Below, piece by piece: positions 25,437-37,246 of a DNA stretch of 64,000 nt. Source of the DNA: Polymyxa betae A26-41 (taxonomy: Eukaryota; Protista; Endomyxa: Phytomyxea); NCBI GenBank assembly GCA_003693705.1, contig RBZT01000768.1:12027-76026 (forward strand). The letters run 5' to 3'. The first letter of the stretch is position 1; each line of letters starts with the position of its first letter. The translations under genes and the position numbers were made by a program. The notes beneath the pieces were generated by a model. It did no database searches, was not told where the DNA came from, and worked only from the letters and a program-made list of their open reading frames with translations.

Positions 25437-26617
25437 TTACAAAGAGGGATTCTGGAGAATTAGCGGATGTAATACCGACATTGATACGAGAATGGCTTCT
25501 TCAGTTCGAATAGTTCCGCTTCCTTGATGTACACAAGTATTGATATAATCATCAAATAGTTCTTCGGCCCGATTACAGGGTAGGCGCTCATCGCCTTCAA
25601 CACAAGACTCAATGCCACCAAGTCCACCAAACACAATCAGAAGATGCTTGAATGGCCGCAGTTTAAAATCTCGATCTTGAGCTATTTTCCCACGCTCTGA
25701 TGTTCCCAGAGCAAGATCATAGCCGCTTTCATAGGGACAGTTTGAGAATACTTCTGAAAGACCAGCTGCCATGCGGGTTGTGTAACCCCAATACAACCCC
25801 AGATCTTCTTTAGGACGTGTTGGTGATACAGCAGTACCTTTAGCACCTAATATCCCATTCGGTTAAATTCAGATAGCAATGACAAGGACGAATTACATTT
25901 GCAAACATTAGCAGGATTGGTTAAGGAAACAGTGATACGAACATTGGCAGGAATCTTATCTGGAATAAGAACATGCTGTCTGAGACCAACATCGACAAGA
26001 GTGCCATGATCGGTATTCTTCACAGAAACACCCTCTCGATATTTACATACTTTATCAGCACGTAGATGATGTGGTGCATCTAATGGGTTTAGAAGACCAG
26101 CATATCTGTAGATACAGAAAAGGGATTCGTAAAGATCCAGATGCAGAGTTCGATTACGACCGACCTGAGATCTCGATGAACAGGAAACAGAGATTTTCGC
26201 AAATATTGTGGGCATTCCAGATATTGAAGTATTCTAGCTAGGAAGACGTTCTCGTTGGTCTTTTTCGAGTTCTTCTCGAAGTTACCTTCTATGGCTTGTT
26301 TGGATCCATCCTAAAGATGATTCATTGTCACTAGAGATAAACGGCATTTGTAAACGGATATGAACCTCTGAAAACACGATAATTTCATCAATGTTGAAGA
26401 TGGTAGCGGCTCTTGCAATCTGTCCAGCTAGATATGTTTTAAGCTCTGTAGTCTGAGCGTTCGAGATGATACTGCCTGGAAGAGCTAATGAGACCGTATA
26501 GCTCCTAGGTCTGGAAATCTGATCCAATGATGTGTGTTTCTCAGCAGTCCTCGTATCGGATTGCAGCTGGTCAGAATTGTTTTCATTTTGCTCCTGAACT
26601 CTGTTTCGTTTCCCCAT
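25437..26617 (-). CDS. SPOUT1: SPOUT-family RNA methyltransferase (C9orf114/SPOUT1, DUF171)
   Basis: YTVSLALPGSIISNAQTTELKTYLAGQIARAATIFNIDEIIVF; YAGLLNPLDAPHHLR; YWGYTTR; LIVFGGLGGIE; QGSGTIRTEEAILVSM. Confidence 0.93.
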
Positions 26618-27477
26618 GAAATCAGCAGAAAACGAAATTCTTTGAAATGGCAAATGTTACAGCGTTACCGCGCAGTTGTCGTCAAATTTCTTAAAAAGTC
26701 CGGAACATTAAAGCTATCCGTAATTTGGCTCAAACTGGATTTAGTCAACAGCCGTCAAAGAGAGTCTAGGATTCCGCTGAGCCTCCCAGTGAGCTTTCGG
26801 TCACATTAAAGTGGATGTGAAACTGTTTTAAGCAATAAAAGTGGACGTAGTTCCAGTTTCAAACTCTGTTTAGCTTTATTACTTATTTTTGTGTGATCTG
26901 TTGTTGCGATTTTGAATGGATAACCCCTTGGGATCGACTCAATTTGCATCTAACGTCGAAAGAACATCTTCCGGTCCCGGAGAAGCAGGCGCTGATCTGA
27001 AATCTGCACGGAATCGCAAGCGGAAACCACCTGAGCAAGCTAGTGGAATCTAACCACTGCATTTTTTCCGAATACAGCAAGGGAAGGAACCATCCCACAG
27101 CTCGATCCAAATCTAAATCGAATTCGCGTTCAGATCCTGAGCTCTCCCTCTCAGAAGGCGACATCATAAAAACAGGGTTTACAGACATCCACTTTCCAAT
27201 AATAAACGGAAGAACACAGTCACACCCACTTTGTGATTCTGTGACTGAAACTAGACTTGAAAAGTGGGTTTATATTTGCGGATTTCTTTATTATTCTTAA
27301 AAATTTACTTCTAGGTTTGGGGTAGTTTGCAGTGTTTCAGCGCTTGCACCATCGTTTTTGTGGTGTCTGATCACTCATCAGTTTCTCTAGTGAATCTAGT
27401 CTACCTCTCATTTGAAGCTTTGTCGCACACGAGTTTTGCGACATTATAATATCATCGACCGATAAGCTAATAGGCAA

Positions 27478-27599
27478 GCCTGTTAATTAAGACCCTGTTA
27501 CGCTTCAATACCAGGGTCCAGGGTCTTATTTCACTTTTCAGGTTCTATTTCAGGGTTCTGGGCTTATTAGCCGGAGTCTTAATAGACGGAATTACTGTA
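27478..27599. mobile_element. Probable right end of a Tc1/mariner (pogo-like) element remnant
   Basis: Ends ...gtcttaatagacggaattactg followed by TA (reverse complement TA-CAGTAATTCCGTCTATTAAGAC), with repeated ggtcttatt/taagacc subterminal motifs. No matching left TIR found. Confidence 0.35.
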
Positions 27600-27950
27600 T
27601 TTGTATTCATTTCCTGCCGGATTCCATACTGGAACTGTGCAGACTACAGACTACCTGCTTTCTCTGGCATATTTAATTAAAGCTGGTAACAAAGTTGATC
27701 CGCCACCACCCATGAAGCAACCAACGTTCGCCACGCCGACTTGAATTACAAAACTTCCGAAAATGGAGCAGCCGTCTGCTGAAATTTTCAGCAAGAAAAT
27801 TCGAACCCGGCCAAAGCATCTGAGACAAATCGAGATGAAAACTACAGCGGATTACGTGTTGATTCGCTCTGGTCTACCACATGTCCTGAAGAAATACCAT
27901 TGTTCCAGTTCACAATCAGACTGATGTCAAGTATAGTTCTTATAAATTTT

Positions 27951-28387
27951 TAGGGCTCCGATCGAATCGAATTCGAATTCGACCATTTCTAACAAACAGC
28001 CTTGAAACAAAATATTAGTTAAAAGATCAAGAATAGGACTTTTTTATTTAAAAAATGAAAATTCCAAACATTAACGCTGATATTGATTTTTGATTAAGAA
28101 TGCTTCGTCGGATTCCAATTTGATGGTGCTGCGCGACAGATCCGAAGTCGTTTTCGACAAGATCCAAACGGCTCCTCTTCCTCACCCTCCCAGAGGCAAC
28201 CATTTTAACAATGCGAGCCGCGGCTACATCGCGGACTCAGCAATTTTTTTTAAAAAATGAACTGAAAATTAAAAAAAAAAAAAACTTCGAACCACCGAAT
28301 TGAATCAGGGGGGTCGGCTCGAGGCTCGATTCGTCGAATCAAAAGTTCGCGAATCATCGAGCTGATTCGGGCTCGATCGGAGCCCTA
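27951..28387. mobile_element. Non-autonomous hAT-like MITE (437 bp)
   Basis: 15-bp perfect TIR TAGGGCTCCGATCGA...TCGATCGGAGCCCTA. Many subterminal TCGA/TTCGAA motifs. 8-bp TATAAATT follows the right end and also precedes the left end (offset by TT). Confidence 0.85.
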
Positions 28388-28955
28388 TATAAATTCATGT
28401 TTTTCTGAACTTAGAATGTCGTGGGATCTTTAAAGTTTTTTTAAGTATTGTTCTGCTTCCTGATATGAATGAAATGACTTACCAATTTTCAGGTTTTTAC
28501 GTTTTATTCGAATCCTATCAAAAGTTACAAACCTACCTTCTTCTAGTATCAAGTAAAAACTTGACAAGTTATCATGGAGGGTAGTTCTGAGGTGTCTCCT
28601 GTCATAAAAGTCACGACTGCCATTCAGTCTTGCAAAACGATTTGACCATCTGGCTCGTATTCAGATTGCTATGTTGCCCATGCAAACAGTTTCTACATGG
28701 AGGCGTTATCAGTATACGTTTTCGGGACACACCTAAATCTTAAACCTCGCCAATATTGCTGCAGATGTCCAATATTTAGTGATTGCTCTTCTCAAGGGGG
28801 TTTTGTTCCAATCTAACAACCCGAGTTTCTTTGGAATCCCGCACGAATCTTCGGAATAATGTCTGGCTCTCGTTTGTGGCTAAATGTAGAATTGGAATGT
28901 TGCATTACACTTCTACAGAATTCGTTATGATTATGACGGGTGTTGGAAAGCGATC

Positions 28956-29610
28956 ATGACGTCGATTTTGCCGACCCGAATCTTGTGCCCATATCATGAA
29001 ACAAGAGAGTGTCGTATCTCTCGTCCTCGGTTATCAACAAAGATACAGACTCCCAAGCTCAGCTGGATAGATCATCTGTTATCACAAGCAAAGAATGGAT
29101 TATTTGGAGCTCTATATATTATGTCAAAGAATATCCATCATACAGAATCATGGATGTTAGCCACATTCATTATTGAATTCTTTCATCTATTAGCATTTAC
29201 TGTATGCTCTGTTAAGATAATCACATTGTGTTTACCATTGAAATTGTTCTAGTTCTCCGATGAAGCCCATTTCCCCTGGGATTCCAAAGTCGCTTCTGTC
29301 TTACATATTGCTCGATTTGATCTGATCAATTTCTTTGGTGGTCACAATGAGACCATCTGGTTTTCTATTCGCTTCTATTGTGGTTGTGGGTATTCTATCC
29401 ATGATTATTCATGTTAGTCTGGCATTCACCAGGTAACAAACACCATCTATCTGCATTCGTTCAATCTCTTAACGTTCGCCCATCAGGAATAGGATCGGCT
29501 CAATTCTACCTCTGAGAATCTTGAGGGGAATTTCCTGGGACTTTGGTCAGCTTCCTGTTCGTTCCATTTCTGTCAACATTCGCCCAGATTAGTCATTGTC
29601 ATGGTCATTC
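28956..29610 (+). pseudogene. 5' fragment of a TmcB-like multi-pass membrane (PAS-associated) gene, frameshifted and truncated
   Basis: KNGLFGALYIMSK...IIEFFHLLAFT/FSDEAHFPWD; LPLRILRG; FLFVPFLSTF. Two GT-AG introns. Frame breaks near 29360 and 29535. Similarity ends near 29610. Confidence 0.55.
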
Positions 29611-30366
29611 ATTTACTACAAAAGCTCGCATATCTAATATACAAAATACGCCATCATCCCAATTGCAAAGTCCATTGAAATCGAGATGAAAACACGATTC
29701 TATCTACTTGACCATGACCTCCTATATCAACATAAATCCAATACCCAGGATGATGATGAACGATCTCAACATTTGAAATTCGTGATAGATCAATATCACA
29801 TATACTCAGATATCTCAATATTATTGATATAATGATGTCTGATATTATGGGACATCCATTACGTAACATGTTTTATATGCCTAAAAGTATTGAAGATATA
29901 CTTAAAAATGAGAAAACGGATGATGGAGTTTATCTCCCAATTGATACAAATTTATACAAACAAAAAATTAATCCAATAAATTTAAAAACTCCAATGATGA
30001 ACCCGCAAAAAAATTTAAACGACGTGATGAAAAATAAATTTTTTCAAGATGAAAAAATTACACAAATTAAACAAACAATATTAAAAAGTAAATTAAATAA
30101 TGAAATACTCTCAACAACAAGGTTAGTCCCGCCTGAATTTACAAGTTATAATTCTGATGTAATATCGGTTTTACCAGATAAAAGCGAGAGACCCAGAGGT
30201 TGGCACCGAAGGCGTGGAGAAATCATTCATCAATGAGACTATCGCATTACAACAATCATATAGGAATCAGAGACAAGTATTACCCATCATGTTTATCATT
30301 ATATTGGTTGGATCCGTGGTATTCCTGTACTGGCCCATGGTGAAAACGTCTAGATCTGGGTATTAA
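29610..30366 (+). mobile_element. AT-rich intronless virus-like insert with abutting ORFs (decayed)
   Basis: Drop in GC. An ORF ending ...SDISILLI* abuts the next ATG (TAA-TG overlap at ~29830). The K/N-rich ORF 29832-30236 continues after a frameshift into ...RQVLPIMFIIILVGSVVFLYWPMVKTSRSGY* (C-terminal TM, stop at 30366). Confidence 0.45.
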
Positions 30367-30538
30367 ATGTACCCGATCAATGATATTACTGTGTTCCAGC
30401 TCGAATATTGAATAGTGTGCCAGATATACGAGATAAGCTAACAACTATATAATCAACATATCTCTTCACACAATCAATTCGTTGTATAAAACCAGAACAT
30501 GACGTTTAACGAGATAATTGCGATTGTATGATGGGCGC

Positions 30539-31540
30539 TCATACATCGAGTTGGAGATCATTGAATTCATCTAATACGGGTGCAACAGGGGGTGGTACTG
30601 GCTCTAGATCAGGTTTATGACATACTATAATGGATGAATTGCCATCATCTAGACCTGTATCATATCATACATATGAATACAGATAGATATGATGATATAT
30701 AGTACCAGATGGGGAACATATGATAGAAACTTCTTGAAATATATTCACCATCCATGGATATGCACGTAGTATACGAAGTATACAATGTTCTGTTAGATTA
30801 CGTTGTCGGGCCTATCATATCAGATGATGCTCAACGAGGGCCCCCCAGAGCACAAACCCTAAAACCCTACCTCCTCACCACGGAACAGAAATCGGAACGC
30901 TGTTCGATGATCTGGTATGATAGGAACACAATTGCGAAACTTCCCGAACTGTTTCGCTACGAATATCTCCACCTGTAACAGGTCAACTTCATGTCAGAGC
31001 AGAGGCCGATGGAACCGGGAGCGAGCGAGGGGCTGGGGGCCAGTACGCCCGCCCAAGTCCCATCCAATAGTACCTGGACGGAATCGGAGAATCCGGATAT
31101 GGGGACGGGGTCCCAGTACGACACATGCCCGGGACACGATAGCTCCGGATACAGGCGATAATCATCAGCTGGACCCAGGGCGTCCCGTACTGGCCCGGGC
31201 GGAGTCCGATCCGGACCAAGAATCGCCTGCAGCTCTGTACATCACATCGACATGAGTATTTGGCATGAGCCGAGATAAGGCGATATGCAACCTGCAGGTC
31301 GGTATGTGATGAAGCAGAGATTCATGTTGCCTGTGTTCGGGCGTACTGGCTCCTGCCTGGGGTCTGATTGATGATGGGTGGGGCGGACCCCGCGTCCCCA
31401 CGCAAACTTTCCCGAACTCGTTTAGCATAGGCAGGCAGGTGTATCTGACGATAGAATTCGTGATGAGCGGATCGATTCATGATCGATTTGATGAGAAGAA
31501 ATAGATCAGAGCAGGGTGAGTAGGAGATCCACTTCATTAT
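30539..31540 (-). CDS. Hypothetical multi-exon protein (weak TIR/nucleoside-deoxyribosyltransferase-like motif); 5' end uncertain
   Basis: GT-AG splicing yields ...IVSRACV/VLLDGTWAG/VEIFVAKQFGKFRNCVPIIPDHRTAFRFLFRGEE/ARQRNLTEHCILRILRAYPWMVNIFQEVSIICSPS/GLDDG... Confidence 0.5.
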
Positions 31541-31800
31541 ATCATTGATATTGATAATACTATGGCGTATCATGATTATTGCTCATTATATACCATTATA
31601 TAGACCATGTGATGTGTATCTATTGATATCATCATACATTCCATATCCATCTATATCTGTATAATTACAAATAACCATCACCATGGACGATACTGGTCCG
31701 CGGTAAAGTCCGAAGAGCGAGAGAGAGAGACAGAGGAGAGATTGAGATCGTGTTGTATATTGTGGGCTGATAGTCGGTCATTTGATTTAGATCGGACAAT

Positions 31801-33494
31801 ATGCCTGCATTTAATCCATCTGCAGCTGAGTTTGTACCTCGATTTGATGCTGCCGCATTCGTACCTGATGCACAGACCTATACTGATACTCAGGAGGCGA
31901 ATTGGGACGACGAGGACGCCCAGGATCAGCTAAACGTCAGCATGGCTGCCGTCTCTGTCCAGAGCCCACCAGCATCCCAGCAGCAGCAGAAGCAGCCTGA
32001 GCCTGAGCCTGAACCTGAGCCGATCGTTGAAGAAGAAGAAGATGAAGATGATCAGGAAGAGGAGATTGATCCCTCCAAGTATCACGATCCTCGTGAGAAT
32101 CTCAATGTTGTATTCATTGGTCATGTTGATGCTGGAAAATCGACCATCTCTGGCAATCTGCTTGTAATTACTGGCCAAGTAGATCAACGTACTGTTCAGA
32201 AATATGAACGTGAAGCTAAAGAGAAGAATCGTGAATCGTGGTTCTTAGCATATGTTATGGATACCAATGAAGAAGAACGTATTAAAGGTATCACAACCGA
32301 GATGGGACGAGCATCATTTGAGACAGCTGCTAAACGTTATACAATATTGGATACACCTGGACATAAGACATTAGTTCCAAATATGATTATGGGAACAGCA
32401 CAAGCTGATATTGGTGTATTGGTTATATCTGCAAGAAAGGGAGAATTCGAGACTGGATTCGATCGCGGTGGTCAAACACGTGAACATGCTCTATTAGCAA
32501 AGACTTTGGGTGTTGAGAAGCTCGTTGTTGTTATCAACAAGATGGATGAACCATCTGTTAAATGGTCTGAAGAGCGATATAACGAGATTGTTGGGAAATT
32601 GACACCATTCTTACGACGATGCGGATTCCAGCTTAAGAAGAATCTCTGGTTCTTACCATGCTCTGGTATGACCGGTGCTAATCTCATGGAACCTGTCTCC
32701 AAGTCGGTTTGCCCATGGTATGGTTTCCCTATTCGACTAGGGTCTAGGGTTTAGGCTTTGTGTTTAGGTTCAACGAAGGTCTGTCGTTGGTTGGCCTGCT
32801 TGACTCTTTACCGTCGAATCATCGTGATCCAAAGGCGCCCGTTCGGATTCCAGTATCTGGCCGTTATAAGGAGATGGGATGTACCTTTATTATGGGGAAA
32901 CTTGAGGTCGGCACTCTCAGCCTGAAATCCAAGCTCTGTCTCATGCCGGGTCGTAAACGCATCGAACTCGTCAGCATCGTAACCGACGAGAAAGAGCTCG
33001 AGTACTGTCGTCCCGGTGAGAACGTCTTGCTCAAATGTCGTGGTGTTGAAGAGGAAGATGTTCGTGTTGGAATGGTTTTATGTCCTGTTAAATATCCATG
33101 CAGCGTTGCTAGTGAATTCGAAGTTCAAATGCAGGTTACTGAACTGCTTGAACATAAGCCACTTATCACCGCTGGTTATGAAGCTGTTATGCATATTCAT
33201 AGTGTTATCGTTGAATGTCAGATCAACAAATTGTTAGCGGAGTTCGACCCGCAGGGACGAAAGAGAAAGCGCCCTCCTGTGTTTGTTAAATCGAACAGTA
33301 TTCTGACCTGTGTTATTTCAGTTGAATATCCAATTGCGGTTGAGGTAAGAGCATCATCACATCACTTGTCGGTTTGTTGATCGTGCCAATTGTAGACGTT
33401 CGCATCTCGACCTCAACTTGGTCGATTGACTTTACGTGATGAAGGCAAGACTATTGCTATCGGCAAGATCCTTTCTTTGGTGCCTGCTGCTTGA
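31801..33494 (+). CDS. SUP35: Eukaryotic peptide chain release factor 3 (eRF3/GSPT/Sup35)
   Basis: PAM2 motifs FNPSAAEFVP and FDAAAFVP; GHVDAGKS, DTPGH, NKMD; RKGEFETGFDRGGQTREH; LGRLTLRDEGKTIAIGKI; 2 introns. Confidence 0.97.
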
Positions 33495-33601
33495 TTGCAC
33501 TCGCTATTCCTCAGTTCAAATAAAAAATACATTCTTAAGCATTGATTGATACCATGTATTAACAGTATTTGATACTTATTGGCAGTTTTACCATTAACGA
33601 C

Positions 33602-35938
33602 TTAATCCACTTTAATCGATCCATAAATTTTCTTGACAAAAGCCAAAGTCGCTAGGTAGCCGATCGTTCCAGTGATCAAAAAGAAAGCTGTAGAGGCTAG
33701 CGACATGTACCCAAAGAACAGTACTGTCGAAGCAAGTTCCTTTATACGAAGATTTGTGCTGAAATACATGATCGAATATAAGAACAGATACACTGCTGAA
33801 GCACCAGAGGTGAAATATGACCTCCACCACCACTGGTAATCCTCACTGTTGATGGATAAGACAAGTTTTTAAGAAAACAACAAAAAAACGCACCTGCACA
33901 AGTGGAAGTAGCACATGACAATAGTGATTTCGGCACAAGTGATGGCCAAGATTGCAAAGACAATGAACAGGAACCCAAACATGTAGTAGAATCGATGCAG
34001 CCACAAACTCGACATAATGAAGTAGATCTCAATAAAAACAGCACCAAAAGGAAGCATTCCTCCAACTACGAAGGAGAAGGCAGGGCGCATGTACCAGATT
34101 TGAGTAGGAATTTGCCTCGGGATTTGGTTCACTTTCACCGGCAACGGGTCTGAAGGCTTCTTGTAGCCGAAATAGCTGAATGTTCGCAATGAGCACAAAC
34201 CAGGAATATACACGAGTTTGTTTTATACCTTCCCAAGTATACAAGCGGCACCGAGATACCAAACCAAAGCACTAAAAGCGCAAACAAAGTCCCGAACGGA
34301 ACAGCTCCAGAAGAATGCTTCGACCAAACAATAATGTTGAGAAAGAAGAAGACAGCGAAATTGTAACCGGGGAACAGCAAAGCGGTCAACAGAGTATTCT
34401 TTCTCCACTGAAGAAGACCGAACATCTTGTACGTTCTGGCAGAGAAGTACCCTGGAAACTAATTAGTTTGTTAGCACAGCATCTTAGAGATACAATACCT
34501 CCAGCAACTCCCATGAATACGAAGAGAAGGACAAGAGCAGTCATCAGACCACCACGGTTCGCTGGCGATAAGAAACCGAGAACAGCGAAAAACATGGTAA
34601 TAACAGACATGAGGGTGATCTGAACACCGCTACCGACCATGATGGAGAACAGTCCACCGTGACGAGGTGGTCGGAAAACATCACCGTGGACAAGCTTCCA
34701 TCCAGTTTCTTCTTGCTGAGTTTCCTCATCCTGTTCCAGCTCGTTATATCGGCGGAAGTCACTGAGTAGTATGAGTGCAATCAGGAATCAACAGCCAGAA
34801 TAAAATGGCCTACCGGTGAAGGGTACGCATCATAATCATGGCCACCATACCAGATAAGAATAGGACAATCATTAGTGAGTTAATGATCGACAACCAATGG
34901 ATCTTGGAATCCGTCATTTTCAGATAGAGATCCCATCGCGAAGCCCACTTAATCGGGGATGGCTCAAACTCCACGTCGTATGTCCAGATCAGCATAGAAG
35001 AGCCCTTGGGCTGCAAAATCAAATTGAGCTGAGGATTCACCATAACAGAATATCAGTACATTAGAGAGGCTCATAGGCTCCGACGGGGAAGTGACTGGGC
35101 AGGTTTTAAGTTTCATCTTCTGCTGTCCAGCAACATCAGATGGCCAGTCACCATCGTACTTATGGTGCACACTGAGAGGAACAACCTCGAACCCAACGAT
35201 ACTGACAGCAATCAATAACAGCTTGAAGCTTCATACACAAGACATTACCGGCTGCCTTTATACGAGGCTGGGTCGTCGTGATAGAGCAAACGAATAGTGA
35301 CATGGTTGTTAATATAAACTTCGCCTGGGATAGATGATTGAGGAGCTTCAGCACCGCCAACAAAACCCAATGGGAACCCTTGCTCGTAAACAATTGACTA
35401 AATACCCAAATAAGTGATCGAATGACCAAGTTTTGACCTGATGACCTCCTCTTCGGTTAATAGCTTGTCATTAACATCTGTTGGAGCCAAATGATATTTC
35501 ATCGCTGCTGGTAAATTATCGACAATCCTAAAGCGAAATTAAAAAAGTTATAGTTATACAGCAGGATTAGTACCAATGCACCCGATATTCGTCTGTAACC
35601 ATTTTGATAAACTTTTCAGCAGCGTCCGAATTATCTATTGGCGTCCCACAGAGAACTTTACATTCCTCCTTAACGCCCATAAGCAGTTGATAAGGAGAAT
35701 TCTCTATGGTTTCACCAGTAAGGTGTTCCCCAAGATTTTCAGCCTTATGGACGATCTGATTCGGGCGACAGAACGCCAGATCATAGTAATCATACTGGAG
35801 CTGGGTCCGGACAGAATTCAACCCTTTCACTTTTAAAGGAATTGGGTCACCATGTTCAAATTGGTGTGGCGCTACACCAGGAAGGTAGAACCCTGTAGTC
35901 TGGGTCGCCAATAATATGGCCACGAAGACGAATATCAT
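33602..35938 (-). CDS. Transmembrane 9 superfamily (nonaspanin, TM9SF2/4, EMP70-like)
   Basis: Signal peptide then FYLPGVAP; ENLGE; IKWASRWDLYL...IHWLSIINS; EETGWKLVHGDVFRPP; GGMLPFGAVFIE; C-terminal IYGSIKVD*. Confidence 0.96.
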
Positions 35939-36297
35939 ATCGTCGGAGGCGATTCACAATGGTGTAGAATGCGGAGTGCGACAGTTGGTTGTTTGGTTGA
36001 TCCGGTAATGTCCCTGCGATCGATGACGATGCCAAGACGATAACGACGACTAGTTAATCAATCAGATGTAAAATGAAATATAGAAAGCAGATAAGAGAGA
36101 GAGAAATAGAGTGTGTAACAAAGCAGCAGTGACCGGGCCCTCATTCATATTTTAACTACAACTGTAACTGCTATACTGTCAATCAATAATGAAAACCATA
36201 GCCAAAGCCCGCCACCTTCAATAAATGCAAACTGCATGGTATAAAATAAAAACAAATTGACTGAATATTTGTTTATATTTTTTGTTAGAGGTTTGAA

Positions 36298-36686
36298 CTA
36301 GAAACCGTGAACCTTGACTTCGTTTTTAGAGCAGATCTTGTAAGTCGTCAGAAAATCAAAGACATGCTTTCGCTGGTCTCCCTGCAACTGTATGACCTTG
36401 CCCATTTCTGGGTCGTTTACAATAGTCCCGTTGGTGGAATATGTCTTCTTCAAAGCCTATTCCAATGCATAAGAATAATATTCCGACCTGGCAGATGTAA
36501 GCTTACAGTCAAAATTTTCCTTAAATCCAGATCGACAGCGAGACCCTGGATGGTGGTCAGGCTCTTACGACCGTTCCTCTGCTGAATACGGATGTGGACA
36601 TAGTTGCCGTGCTCATGGGACTCTATATCGGTTCCCTCGGCGAAGTGGTCGGTGTTAGCGAATACTATATTGGTGAGCTTGGACAT
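36298..36686 (-). CDS. SUI1: Translation initiation factor eIF1 (SUI1)
   Basis: YVHIRIQQRNGRKSLTTIQGL...DLRKILT/ALKKTYSTNGTIV..PEMGKVIQLQGDQR...KVHGF*; one intron. Confidence 0.97.
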
Positions 36687-37246
36687 GGTGATTGAGGATG
36701 TGAAGCAGCTAACGTAGGTCTGTACTCTTCACACAGAGATGACGGCGACTAAATATTAATTTCGGACTGGCAGTTTCCAGAAAAGAGAAAACACCGTTAA
36801 TCTAGGAAACTGCGTAATGACTCAACATTATCCTCATTAAGACAGTTCGCCAGCCAGCTTTTTCATGAGAACACCTGCCTTAAATTTGGCTTTTGAACAG
36901 ATATTTCCACATATTCTCCCATTAACAAGATACAACGCTTGGAGAATGTGTATTGGCGTAGAAAATTGGACACGATATGTAGAGCAGAGGTTTGTCCATC
37001 GAGGCGGATCATGTGAATAGTCCAATGAAATCGCCAGAGCAAGCCATATTGTGCACATTGCACATCAGTAAATGCAAGTCAATGCTTGACGTAACAATAC
37101 AAACGTCTAAATACAGCCCATTTTTATACAGCTGCACTACGCAATGGAGAGTGATTTTTCAGTGTTACATTTGGATGGGTGTCAATTGAACCCAAACCCA
37201 TCCAGCAATCCACTGTTTAGATTGACCATTATGATATCGGGTTGAT

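Noticed and set aside
26883-27300. Overlapping short ORFs on both strands
   Set aside because: No motifs or splice structure; likely spurious or decayed sequence.
36837-37189. Short ORFs between eIF1 and ATR
   Set aside because: Divergent promoter region; non-ATG or motif-free ORFs.
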